Virus record (IMG/VR): IMGVR_UViG_3300021440_000015
Location: 1-64,000 of that record
DNA length: 64,000 nt
Direction: 5' to 3' (one strand)
DNA from: a virus
The notes beneath the pieces are model-generated. The model had not been told where the DNA came from. It did not search any database and saw only the letters and a program-made list of their open reading frames with translations. Shown here in pieces: positions 36,697-46,436 of the stretch; positions within the stretch are counted from its first letter, which is position 1, and the number at the start of each line of letters is the position of its first letter. The position numbers and the translations under genes are program-made.

Positions 36697-39600
36697 TTAA
36701 ACACCACTGCCGTCGGGTGTGTTATTGGTGACAATTTCAAAAAACCCACCAGCACCATTTATTTTAACAGACGCTGGATAACTATAAGCAAAATGAGCAA
36801 GAGACCAGCCGTTGAACGGCTGAACAGGATTTATAGCCGATTGCATAATTTCTTTAAAAATTACCCCATTAACATCATTTAAACCGGATTGGGAGACATA
36901 TTCTCTATGATGACCGAACAGAGAATTGTATATTGGGTCTGTGATGGTACTAGGAGCCCCAAATGTACAACCACCAAACAAAGCATAGCTTTCATTATAA
37001 CTTGCGGATACAGCAAATAAAACTGTTCCTGGTTGTAATATAAATTTACCTGTTATTTTAAAATAACTGTAAGGTCCGCCATTTATAAGTCCTATATTTT
37101 CTATACTTGTCACCTGTGTCTGATTAACAATATAAGCGGAATGAGGTCTAGTTTGAAATATGATAGCGCCAGATTCTTCACTTGCGTAAAATCTTCCTAA
37201 TAAAAAATCAGCACTTACAACAGATCTAACTTTGGCATAATAGCTTTGACCGTATTCTAAGCCTAGTAAACCATAAGACTGACCTGCATAGTCTACATAC
37301 GACCCGCCTATTAAAGAAGCTGATGTTTCAGGATTACCGACTTTCCATAGTTTAAGATAAGTCTCACCTGTGAAACCAGACAGATTGCTAAATACAGATG
37401 TTGTTGGCGATATGGCAATATCACCATATGTTGGATCTATAACACCATTTGGTTGAGGTGACGTTACAGCCCCAACAAAAACATATGTTTGATATTGAGA
37501 TACGGTAACCACATTTGACAAACCAGCGGCTCCGCTACTCGATATTAATCTTAATCTCACATACATATCGCTATGTGCTGGAAGATAATGATTTGAAAAA
37601 TTAGTTGTATATGCGTTACCAGTTATTGGACTATCCCAATAATTAAACTGTGAGAAATCAGCAAACGCTGACCATTCCCAAACAGCACTTATTAATTCAC
37701 CAGCAGAGCTGTTGGCTGAGTATACAGTCGATGTAAAGGAAACACCAGGACCTGTACTGTCTGTTGTCGTTATAATTGGACTGTTTACAACAGGTCCTGG
37801 TGTTAAAGATGTGTCAGATATCCAAACTGTTTTACTCGCTACTATAGGTCCGCTTCCAGAACCAGTTCTCCATACAAGTGTTAAAGACTTATCCCCGTCT
37901 GTTGAGTTATCAGCAATTGTCGGTATATTGATTACATTTTGCGCAATAGGTGTTATACTTAACATTCCTATATCTGCGCCAGAAACTGTATAGTCAAAAT
38001 TACGAATAGCTGTTCCAGAGACATCTATGTGATCGCCACTTCCATCATCACGACTTTTAGTCAGGATGAATGTAGCCACCTGACCTTCGTTATAAGTATC
38101 AACACTAGAAGTTATGTTGTAAATAACAACAGGTTGCGCACCTACACTGACAGTACCTGTGGTGGAAGTTTTCACTTCAGTATATCCAGCAGAAGTTAAG
38201 GTATCTGTCTGTTCTACTTTCCAGTAGTAAGTAGTACCGTAAACCAAAGTAGCGTTAATTGTCGTGGAGATTGTGTTTATGTCTATGCCAACACCAGAAA
38301 AATCAGAAGTTGGATAAAGACTAAATCTGTAAGAGGTGCCGACACCGACGACGGTATTACTACCTCTATTCCAGCTAAATGTACCTGTTGCTTCTGCTAC
38401 AGTAGTTGTGTTTAAAGTAGGGGCTGTTAGATATGATCTAGAAGTAGAAGTCAGTACGTTAGAGTATCCACTATAAAAACCATTAGCAGATTTGTAACGC
38501 ATTCTGAAATACAGAACTGTGCTAGGTGGTAAATAGATACCAGTTAAGGAAGGGTTACCTGTACCGTTATAGCTGTCTTCTTGATCGTAGACAACACCAG
38601 ATGTGAAATCAGAAGTGCTATATACTTGCCAATGCATTTTACTGACAGGGCCAGCAGAATCGTTAGCTACATAGTAACTAGACAAAGCATTCAGATAAGG
38701 ATCAGCCCCGCTCACAAATGTGATTGTAGGGGTATCCACTAAAACACCTAAGGTGTTAAAGCTAACTGGAGCGCTAAAAGCAGTGCTTCTACCTTGATCA
38801 GATTTATACGAAACCCTTGCGTAATAAGTAGTAGCTGTATTCAGACCTAATACTGTATAAGTAGTCAGGTGAGTTGTACTATTGGTTACAGACTTGGTAC
38901 TCACTATGGTGGCGAAGCTGCTGTCTGTAGAAATCTGCCATGTGGAAGATGCATGAGTCTCACCCACATCACTGTGAAATGCATCTGCTGTCAATATCAC
39001 ATCGATATCCTGCTGACCCACAGGAGCTGTGATAGTAGGAGTATTTGGATTAGGGATAGCTCCAGACATAAAACTTATAACATCACTCCAATCACTAGGA
39101 GTAGTACCGATGTTAGAAGTATGTCTCATCCGAAGATAATAAGTACTTGCATAGTCTATGTTGTTCCAAATAGCATTTAACCCAGTCTCAGAAGAGCTGT
39201 TAATCAAAGGACTGAATGTATTAGACTTAGACAGTTGCCATTCCACATCTGCTAGTGAACTACCACTACTTCCAGTTAAGCTATAGGTTGAGGAAGTTGC
39301 TGTCAGATTAGGACCTAAACCTTCTTGAGCGTTCAGAGGAGATGTGATAGAAGGTTTGTTAGGTTTGTATACTGTTTTCGTAGTAAACATCACCACAGCA
39401 GACCATCCGCTCACAGACAGCATTTCGCCACGATGTCTAGCTCTTATGTAGTAAGTCTTGACAGCTTGTAAACTCGGTATTGTAAAAGATGTTTTACCTG
39501 CGATCTGATTACTGTAAGTCACAAATCCAGTTTCAAACAAAGGATCTTCAGCTATGTGGTAATCTGTACTCAGATGGTTATCTGTGCCGCCTGTGGTTTG

Positions 39601-40128
39601 AAAAGGAGATGTCGTGATCGTAGCATCAGGTCCTTTATCCAAACTGTTATTAACAGGAGATGTGATCGTGGGTGGATTAACATAAGCACCAGCAATAGCT
39701 CTCAACAATATCTTTTGCCCATTGATCGTAAAACCACACTCACCAGGCAAAGCTGGAGTGGTATAGCGTATTTCAGCGCCATTGACACTATCCACACTGC
39801 CATTAATAGCCACAACAACATACTTAGTAAAACTGTCGTAGTTGACAATGGTGTAAGTTTGCTGTGTGTTGATATCTGCATTAGTTAAACCAATCACAGA
39901 TACTCTATTAACGATGGCTTCATCACCTAGAGTTACCATAGACAACACAGGCTGACCACTCACAGATTCCAATAAAGCCAGACCTTTCTCTACGCCTAAC
40001 ATGTCTGTGGTCAAAAGACCTAGCTTATCAGCAGCCTGCGCAGCACTAGCTCCACCTGTGCCGCCGTTACTTATACTGGCTATATAAGAAGAACTACCAG
40101 AATCATTTTTATAAATATGTTTACTCAT
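36697..40128 (-). CDS. Large fibre protein with ~5-7 FN3/Ig-like repeats
   Basis: Repeats PTITSP...TYYIRARH, TYYLRMRH, TYYARVSY, LYFRMRY, TYYWKV; shared fibre N-terminus GGTG. Confidence 0.7.
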   Translation of the reverse strand: MSKHIYKNDSGSSSYIASISNGGTGGASAAQAADKLGLLTTDMLGVEKGLALLESVSGQPVLSMVTLGDEAIVNRVSVIGLTNADINTQQTYTIVNYDSFTKYVVVAINGSVDSVNGAEIRYTTPALPGECGFTINGQKILLRAIAGAYVNPPTITSPVNNSLDKGPDATITTSPFQTTGGTDNHLSTDYHIAEDPLFETGFVTYSNQIAGKTSFTIPSLQAVKTYYIRARHRGEMLSVSGWSAVVMFTTKTVYKPNKPSITSPLNAQEGLGPNLTATSSTYSLTGSSGSSLADVEWQLSKSNTFSPLINSSSETGLNAIWNNIDYASTYYLRMRHTSNIGTTPSDWSDVISFMSGAIPNPNTPTITAPVGQQDIDVILTADAFHSDVGETHASSTWQISTDSSFATIVSTKSVTNSTTHLTTYTVLGLNTATTYYARVSYKSDQGRSTAFSAPVSFNTLGVLVDTPTITFVSGADPYLNALSSYYVANDSAGPVSKMHWQVYSTSDFTSGVVYDQEDSYNGTGNPSLTGIYLPPSTVLYFRMRYKSANGFYSGYSNVLTSTSRSYLTAPTLNTTTVAEATGTFSWNRGSNTVVGVGTSYRFSLYPTSDFSGVGIDINTISTTINATLVYGTTYYWKVEQTDTLTSAGYTEVKTSTTGTVSVGAQPVVIYNITSSVDTYNEGQVATFILTKSRDDGSGDHIDVSGTAIRNFDYTVSGADIGMLSITPIAQNVINIPTIADNSTDGDKSLTLVWRTGSGSGPIVASKTVWISDTSLTPGPVVNSPIITTTDSTGPGVSFTSTVYSANSSAGELISAVWEWSAFADFSQFNYWDSPITGNAYTTNFSNHYLPAHSDMYVRLRLISSSGAAGLSNVVTVSQYQTYVFVGAVTSPQPNGVIDPTYGDIAISPTTSVFSNLSGFTGETYLKLWKVGNPETSASLIGGSYVDYAGQSYGLLGLEYGQSYYAKVRSVVSADFLLGRFYASEESGAIIFQTRPHSAYIVNQTQVTSIENIGLINGGPYSYFKITGKFILQPGTVLFAVSASYNESYALFGGCTFGAPSTITDPIYNSLFGHHREYVSQSGLNDVNGVIFKEIMQSAINPVQPFNGWSLAHFAYSYPASVKINGAGGFFEIVTNNTPDGSGV

Positions 40129-40138
40129 TTTGTTTCTC

Positions 40139-41395
40139 TTAAGGTGTGAGGTTGTAACCAGATATCTCTAACATGTTACCCCTGGAGTTATAAAAACTTC
40201 TTTGATTAACTTCGTTGTTGTTAACTAAGTTCAGGTTGGTTGTGTTCTGTTGAGAGATAATGAAATTCTGATAATAGCTATCGGCTACTGTAACAGCCCA
40301 TCTCTGATTATCACCTTCATGTGTTTTCCAATACTCAGCGATCTTACCATGTCCCACAAATAGAGGATAAGAAGGATCTTGATAAGCTATGAACATACCT
40401 GGCATATTAGAATGCTTTATAGGTATCTTCTTAGTCACTAAGAACTCTTTATCCACCACCACTAAAAAGCTTTGACTTAAAGTCATGTACTTAGTTAGTG
40501 TAGTATTGCTGATCATTTCTGGTAAACTAAACAGATTAGGGTTGAGAGGATCTGCGTTTAGGTTTAAAGAACTCAGATTCAAAGTCTTACCTGATTCATA
40601 GATACGTTCAATATGAGGTATCTTGGTCCAATCTAAAGCAAAAGTATTGGTACCTGTTTGCCAGAAGACTCCTTGTTCAGGCATGACTATATAGCCACCC
40701 AGTATAAGTATGCAAGACTTTCTAGTTAAATCCACATCTACACTAAAGAATGTTCTATCTACCAAGTTACCAGAAGGGGTTTGAGGTATGATGTTACCTG
40801 GGTTCAGTTTTATCTTGGTGAGTCTACCCACATCTAGAAAACTGATGATACCTAATTTATTCATACGTGAGTGTTGAAGTGTTTTACCACCATCTACCAC
40901 ATACGCTTTCTCACCGTCAGTATCAGTCATGTGCACAAATCCATTCACAGTCACTAAACAGTGGCTGTGAATGAGAGACATGTCTGTGCTATAAATAGGT
41001 CTGGTCAAAACCAAATCAGGTTTATCTTCCACAGGGTAATTAGCAGGAAGATTAACACCTATTCTACAGATATCTATTTTATATCTGGCTCGAACCGCAT
41101 CACAATACTTCACAAACTTAACTTCTGTATTAGGGAACTGAGGAACAGTTTCTAATGTTCTAGATCCTAATAAAACAAGCATTTCATTCAGAGTTCCAGC
41201 AAAGCTGGAAAACTCTGATCTGAGTGTGTCTAGGTCGATGTATATATTCTGAGGAAGAGCTGGTAAGCTCAATTCGATGTACACCTTAGCGAAAGTGTCG
41301 TAGATAGAGAACACAACATGGTTCGATATATTCTGCTCTATCCATTGTGATCCGGCAGTGCGTGCTAAACACACCGCTTTTACGTAGCTGTACAT
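40139..41395 (-). CDS. Virion structural protein
   Basis: HCLVTVNGFVH, ILGGY, SQSFLVVVD, GKIAEYW; start taken at second ATG. Confidence 0.6.
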   Translation of the reverse strand: MYSYVKAVCLARTAGSQWIEQNISNHVVFSIYDTFAKVYIELSLPALPQNIYIDLDTLRSEFSSFAGTLNEMLVLLGSRTLETVPQFPNTEVKFVKYCDAVRARYKIDICRIGVNLPANYPVEDKPDLVLTRPIYSTDMSLIHSHCLVTVNGFVHMTDTDGEKAYVVDGGKTLQHSRMNKLGIISFLDVGRLTKIKLNPGNIIPQTPSGNLVDRTFFSVDVDLTRKSCILILGGYIVMPEQGVFWQTGTNTFALDWTKIPHIERIYESGKTLNLSSLNLNADPLNPNLFSLPEMISNTTLTKYMTLSQSFLVVVDKEFLVTKKIPIKHSNMPGMFIAYQDPSYPLFVGHGKIAEYWKTHEGDNQRWAVTVADSYYQNFIISQQNTTNLNLVNNNEVNQRSFYNSRGNMLEISGYNLTP

Positions 41396-41440
41396 TTCTT
41401 GTTTCTCCAAATCGGATGGTCAACTTCAGGAAGAACTTTT

Positions 41441-42118
41441 ATGCCGTCAACGTACCCTTTAGACACGACTGGCCTATCGCTCAGTAACAAAATCGTTAAT
41501 GAGCCACACACTTTTACCGAAGTCAACAATTCGCGTTATAGGATCATAATCCCTAATTTCGCACCATTTTATCTGGATAATCTCAGTGTTTCACACGAGG
41601 GTCCAGGTGGTGTGATTACACCTATGGCAGAGAACCAGCATTACATGCTTACTCTGCCGTATATAGGAGCGGCTAGATCTATCGGAAAAATGCTGTATGG
41701 CGGCATCAGTTTTAACACTGACTTCCCCAACGGCACTCTACGAGTAACGTATCAGACTATCGGTGGTGAATGGACAGCTAATTATAATTATGTTCTTGAG
41801 CGATTGGCCACTATGGCCTATAACCCAAGAACCACAGTCTGGGATGTCGTCACAGACAAACCCAGTGCTTTTCCACCCATCAATCACGATCAGAACTTAG
41901 ATTATGTTTACGGACATTTAGAACTGATCAATGCTATTAATGGTATCGCCACTCAGATTCTTACTAGACCAGCACCAGATAAGATCGTGGTGGGTCTAGG
42001 TAACGTTCAAAACTTACCTGTGGCTTCCGATGCAGAAGTATTGTCTGCTGCTCCAGTAGAGAAGTATATCACTCTCAGACAACTGGTTATGTTTTTTAAT
42101 CAGTTTAACACACCCTAA
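41441..42118 (+). CDS. Virion (baseplate/fibre attachment) structural protein
   Basis: YPLDTTG, IIPNFAPFY, YQTIGG, KPSAFPP, VGLGNVQN. Confidence 0.6.
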   Translation: MPSTYPLDTTGLSLSNKIVNEPHTFTEVNNSRYRIIIPNFAPFYLDNLSVSHEGPGGVITPMAENQHYMLTLPYIGAARSIGKMLYGGISFNTDFPNGTLRVTYQTIGGEWTANYNYVLERLATMAYNPRTTVWDVVTDKPSAFPPINHDQNLDYVYGHLELINAINGIATQILTRPAPDKIVVGLGNVQNLPVASDAEVLSAAPVEKYITLRQLVMFFNQFNTP

Positions 42119-42143
42119 CATTTTTTGAGATCAGGAGTCTATT

Positions 42144-42470
42144 ATGGCAAACGGTTTGCTTGGTAAAGCTATGGCTATAGCTAACAACTTTGTGAAGGTG
42201 TATGAAGTACCTTCTACTGGTGTGGTGTTTACTACTGCCAGTTATAACGCTTTGAACATGGACACAGTAGACGTGTTCCTTAAAGTGGCTATCACCACAA
42301 GTGAAACTCCATCTCCTGCTGACTTCGTTGACTTCAATGCCAAGATCCCTCAGGACGGCGGCATCGTTGAACGTAGTTGTATGGCTATGAGTCCTGGCGA
42401 GAAGATGTTCTTCCAAGCCAGTTCTAGCAACGTGTCTATTCGTGTACACGGTTTAGAAAAAGCTGTTTGA
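42144..42470 (+). CDS. Small fibre-associated protein
   Basis: SD aggag; beta-rich 108 aa preceding a fibre gene. Confidence 0.6.
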   Translation: MANGLLGKAMAIANNFVKVYEVPSTGVVFTTASYNALNMDTVDVFLKVAITTSETPSPADFVDFNAKIPQDGGIVERSCMAMSPGEKMFFQASSSNVSIRVHGLEKAV

Positions 42471-42485
42471 TAAAGGAGTAGGTCC

Positions 42486-44663
42486 ATGCCTCGTAATTTG
42501 CAAGGACCTTCAGCGAACCTCGGGGCTCTGGACAGAGTCCTGGGTATCAATGAAGGCGGCACTGACGCCACTACAGACTTAACAGCTGTGCAAAATCTTG
42601 GTGGTATCCACAGGTCGATGATCAATCGGCCTGGGGGTATCGCCGGTTTAGACGCTTTGGGTAGATTACCTATAGACCTTATAGATGCTGATACTATCAG
42701 TATCCAAGGTCCTGTTCTATTGAACTCCAATCAGGTAGCTACTTACACCATCACCAACTATGATACATTTACCAGTTACACTATCTCTGCCATAACTGGT
42801 ACTGTAAGTCGTGTAGAAGATGTGATCACCTATACAGCACCTAGCGCTAATGGTACTACAGGTTTTAGAATCAACGACCGGGTGTTTGACATAGCTGTTG
42901 GACAGACTTTGATTAACAAACCTGTTATTCAATCTCCTGTTAACTTATCCAACAATCTGGGTGGGGATGTTACTTTTGTAACTGCTCCTTTTGATGCGGT
43001 GGGTGGCACAGATACTCACAGCTCCTCATCTTGGCAAGTATCTAGCGATATTAACTTCAACACCTTAATAGGTGAAGCTGTTAACAGTACGATAAATAAG
43101 ATCAGTTGGACTGTAACAGGTTTGTCTGAGAATACCACTTACTATGTAAGAGTTAAGCACACAGGTGTCAACTCTGGTACATCCGGTTATAGTGATATTG
43201 TACAGTTCTCTACCAAAACTATCTTTCTTCCTATCGCAGAGAAGCAAATAGTTACAGCTAATAGCAAAGCCGGTTATACTGCATCTGCTGGTGAAAATTA
43301 CGGTGTCAACGTGGTTTTGTCTGGTGACGGACAAGTCATGGTGACCACTAGCTGTAAACATGACATTAACCTAGTAGCCAACCGTGCTCATGAGATAGGT
43401 GGTGACTATGCTGATATGTATGTGAAGTCAGGTGGTACCTGGTCCCATGTACAGCGTATACAAAGACCCACCGGTACATCAGGTGCTATCAAAGCCTCTC
43501 TTAGCTATGATGGTGGCGTGTTGACTTTGGGTGAACATAAGTTCTATGATTCTGAGTTTACTCAAGCTAATTTCTCTTACTCCACTCCTGTCTCACAATC
43601 TGCTAACTTAGATGGCACCACAGCGGTTGAAATCTATAACAGAGTATCAGGTTCCAATACGTGGTCTTTGAACAAAACTATTTCCCTGAATAACAACTTT
43701 AAAGGATACATCCTAAATACAGATGTGAAGATTTCTGGTGATGGCGCTGTATTAGTTATAGCTGATAGCTTTTATGGCGCAGCTTATAAACAGAGATGGA
43801 ACACACCTTGGATCTTTAACACAGCTGGTGCTAACGCTAGGGCTTTGGTTTATAGAAAGACAGCTTCTGATTGGGTGTTGAGTCAAACACTCACTATACC
43901 TAATACACTTGAGAACACAGGTAGTGTATCTATATCTAGAGATGGCAGAACCATTTCTGTTTTTGATACTTTAGATGAGTCCGCTACATATACAAATCCA
44001 GCTCAATACCCTGTGTCTTGGATGGGCGCTTTGCATGTGTATAAAGACAATGGCTCTGGTCAGTTTACTCTGATCCAAACGTTGAAGAGTTCCACACCCA
44101 GACACTCTGATCATTACGGTCATTTAGGTAACTCTGTTCACAACATGTCTTCGGATGGTAAGTTGTTAGCTGCTGCTTGTCGCGGTGTATTGGCTCCTAA
44201 TACAAATACATGGATAGCCGACCAAATGGTTGCTAAAAACATCCAGTATAGTGATGGTTATGGATATGTAGAGCTTTGGGACTATATCAACGGTGCTTAT
44301 GTCAGAGGTCAGAAATTGACCCCTAGCGGACAGCGTCAGTATTCTCATTTCGGTAAAAGTGTGTGGGTCTCTCCTAACGGTAAGACCATCGCTGTGGGTG
44401 CTGAATATGAAGACACCAAAGGTACTGATGCAGGCATGCTTTATATCTTTAAGAAGAGTGATGTCACTGGTATGTGGGCTGAAGTAGCTCGTGTATTCCC
44501 TGACTCAGCTATCGGCAACAATGAGAAGTTTGGTGTCGAGGTATCTCTTTCTGATGATCTTAAAGAGATGGCTGTGGGTGCATGGGGTAGAGATCCTGGT
44601 TTAACCAAGACAGCTACTCCTATAGCTCAAGCTGGTTACGGTGCAGTTTATCTGTACGGTTAA
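42486..44663 (+). CDS. Tail fibre / receptor-binding protein: FN3 plus FG-GAP-like beta-propeller
   Basis: EGGTDATT, LSENTTYYVRVKH, FGKSVWVS, FGVEVSLS; paralog of 558..2516. Confidence 0.7.
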   Translation: MPRNLQGPSANLGALDRVLGINEGGTDATTDLTAVQNLGGIHRSMINRPGGIAGLDALGRLPIDLIDADTISIQGPVLLNSNQVATYTITNYDTFTSYTISAITGTVSRVEDVITYTAPSANGTTGFRINDRVFDIAVGQTLINKPVIQSPVNLSNNLGGDVTFVTAPFDAVGGTDTHSSSSWQVSSDINFNTLIGEAVNSTINKISWTVTGLSENTTYYVRVKHTGVNSGTSGYSDIVQFSTKTIFLPIAEKQIVTANSKAGYTASAGENYGVNVVLSGDGQVMVTTSCKHDINLVANRAHEIGGDYADMYVKSGGTWSHVQRIQRPTGTSGAIKASLSYDGGVLTLGEHKFYDSEFTQANFSYSTPVSQSANLDGTTAVEIYNRVSGSNTWSLNKTISLNNNFKGYILNTDVKISGDGAVLVIADSFYGAAYKQRWNTPWIFNTAGANARALVYRKTASDWVLSQTLTIPNTLENTGSVSISRDGRTISVFDTLDESATYTNPAQYPVSWMGALHVYKDNGSGQFTLIQTLKSSTPRHSDHYGHLGNSVHNMSSDGKLLAAACRGVLAPNTNTWIADQMVAKNIQYSDGYGYVELWDYINGAYVRGQKLTPSGQRQYSHFGKSVWVSPNGKTIAVGAEYEDTKGTDAGMLYIFKKSDVTGMWAEVARVFPDSAIGNNEKFGVEVSLSDDLKEMAVGAWGRDPGLTKTATPIAQAGYGAVYLYG

Positions 44664-44712
44664 AAAGAATTACTCTATATCAGCTTAGGCTGGTATAGAG
44701 TTTTTTATTCGG

Positions 44713-44746
44713 CTTATAAACTTTTTCAGTCACATATACTTAACTT
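44713..44746 (+). promoter_or_regulatory. Putative early promoter, cassette 5
   Basis: cttataaactttttcagtcacatatacttaactt, one mismatch to the copy at 49122. Confidence 0.65.
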
Positions 44747-44804
44747 GATTATTGCTGATAGTTTAATCTAGGTTTTTCTAGAACTGTTAGCTAAGGAGAT
44801 AATC
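44747..44804 (+). ncRNA. Conserved structured 5' leader, copy 5
   Basis: gattatt gctgatagt TTAA tctagg tttt tctaga actgttagc taagga gataatc ATG. Confidence 0.75.
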
Positions 44805-45431
44805 ATGAAAGTTGTTTTCAACCTGTCCCCCGCGCAATCCTTGGTGGCTATTGCCATAAAAGCAAAAAAGTCAGCCTTGATGCGGCTGGAAGCCGGGGAA
44901 GGGCTGGGGAAACATTTCCCCAATTTGCTGAACGGCGAATTGCATTCAGCCCTTGGGGCTGAATGGGAGTTCAAATACGACGGCAATCTCGCCGTCGTAT
45001 TTAACGACGGCATGGCCGGGAAACAGACACTAGAGTTGTCCGAAGACAACTCTAGTGTAACCTACGAGGGTGGTCGGACCACCCTCGTAGACGGCATGGC
45101 CGGGTGTATCTTGACCCTGCGAGAAATCGCAGGGGGTGATGAGAAGAGTCTGAAGGTGATCTCTTACGAGACTACCGATCCCAGCCTAAGCTGGTGGGAA
45201 ACCACTAGCATGGCTATCCGACGTAAGTCGGATGAGGAGTTAGCTGCTCTGTCAAAGCAACGGAAAACCTGGCGTTTTCTAGATCAGGAACTGGACCACG
45301 AGGCCCGTCGGCGTATTCCGACAAAATTAGCCGACCTCGTGTCGGCTGGGAAAACAAAGCTGGTCTCGGCGAGTTTCACCCCCAGTGAAATCCGCCGTTA
45401 CACGGTTCTAAAGCCGTGTCTGGTTGAGTAA
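44805..45431 (+). CDS. Hypothetical protein (cassette 5 cargo)
   Basis: 208-aa ORF, GC-richer than flanks, SD aaggag. Confidence 0.7.
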   Translation: MKVVFNLSPAQSLVAIAIKAKKSALMRLEAGEGLGKHFPNLLNGELHSALGAEWEFKYDGNLAVVFNDGMAGKQTLELSEDNSSVTYEGGRTTLVDGMAGCILTLREIAGGDEKSLKVISYETTDPSLSWWETTSMAIRRKSDEELAALSKQRKTWRFLDQELDHEARRRIPTKLADLVSAGKTKLVSASFTPSEIRRYTVLKPCLVE

Positions 45432-45475
45432 AATAACACCCCTAGCCATAACAGGCCGGGGGTGTTATTTTTTTT
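45430..45475. terminator. Cassette-type terminator, probably bidirectional
   Basis: aaaataacaccccta gcc ataaca ggc cgggggtgtta + T run. Confidence 0.8.
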
Positions 45476-45477
45476 GT

Positions 45478-46347
45478 TTAACAGTCTACTGCACAGATAT
45501 GTGGATTAGCTCTAGAAGCTCCGGCTGTATATTCCTCACCTGTGTTTTCCACTATGGGTGTGTCACATAACACTTTACCGGCTCTTTCAGTAATTGTCCC
45601 ACCGGCAGTATTGGTTATACCACCACCAGCAGTCTCAGTGATCTCATCACCTTTCTCATCTATCTTAGGAGCTGTGGTTAACACTCTCTCAGTAGCTTCA
45701 AAGTGTATAAACGGAGCTTTAAGATGTATCTTCTCTAAGGCATTTATAGTGATGGTGTTACTAGGGCTGTCCAACACATAGTAGTTACCCACATCATCCT
45801 TTACCTCTACATACCCCTTTCTGGTATCTATCTTTACATCATACTCAAAAGGTTCACCATCAGACTTTGTAGTCTTTAACCAAATATGTTTGTCTTTGGT
45901 GCTTACCTCATACCAGTAACTAGATAGCTTGTCGAAAGCTCTCTTAGTTATACCTGTAGCTAGATTACTGAAAGCGTATAAAACTCTTTCTAGTCTTCTT
46001 AGCTTAGGTTCTCTATAGATAGTAGTCCAATAGTACTTATCTGTATCAGCATAGCTAAAGATAATCACAGTTTCGTTCACTACCACATCAGGAGATGTGA
46101 TGCGGTTACTATGTGCAAAAGGAAACCATCTGGCTTCTATGATCACTGAACTTTCAGCAGATGCTTTCTTTATAGTACCTGACATATCTTTGTAGTCAGC
46201 TTTGAACTCTTCTTTATGTTCAGATAACTTACCGTCTACATAAGAGTATTCTTCTATAGGGACTACTTTGATCATATCTGTGTCATCTGGCTTAGTTTGC
46301 ACCACGATGCCCAGAGAGTACAGTTTTAACTTTGACTCAGTTATCAT
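45478..46347 (-). CDS. Baseplate central spike / puncturing protein (phiKZ gp164-like)
   Basis: NRITSPDV, beta-helix-like ITETAGGGITNTAGGTITE, C-terminal NPH; divergent from sbcC. Confidence 0.65.
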   Translation of the reverse strand: MITESKLKLYSLGIVVQTKPDDTDMIKVVPIEEYSYVDGKLSEHKEEFKADYKDMSGTIKKASAESSVIIEARWFPFAHSNRITSPDVVVNETVIIFSYADTDKYYWTTIYREPKLRRLERVLYAFSNLATGITKRAFDKLSSYWYEVSTKDKHIWLKTTKSDGEPFEYDVKIDTRKGYVEVKDDVGNYYVLDSPSNTITINALEKIHLKAPFIHFEATERVLTTAPKIDEKGDEITETAGGGITNTAGGTITERAGKVLCDTPIVENTGEEYTAGASRANPHICAVDC

Positions 46348-46436
46348 TTTAAATCCTTGTTTAACATCACAAAATAAACTCTGATATTTCTTTAAGACTC
46401 AGATAAATCAGATGTATAAAGCCTAAAAGGATCGAC

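Noticed and set aside
36697-44663. Diversity-generating retroelement acting on fibre genes
   Set aside because: No reverse transcriptase and no TR/VR pair differing at adenines was seen in this window.
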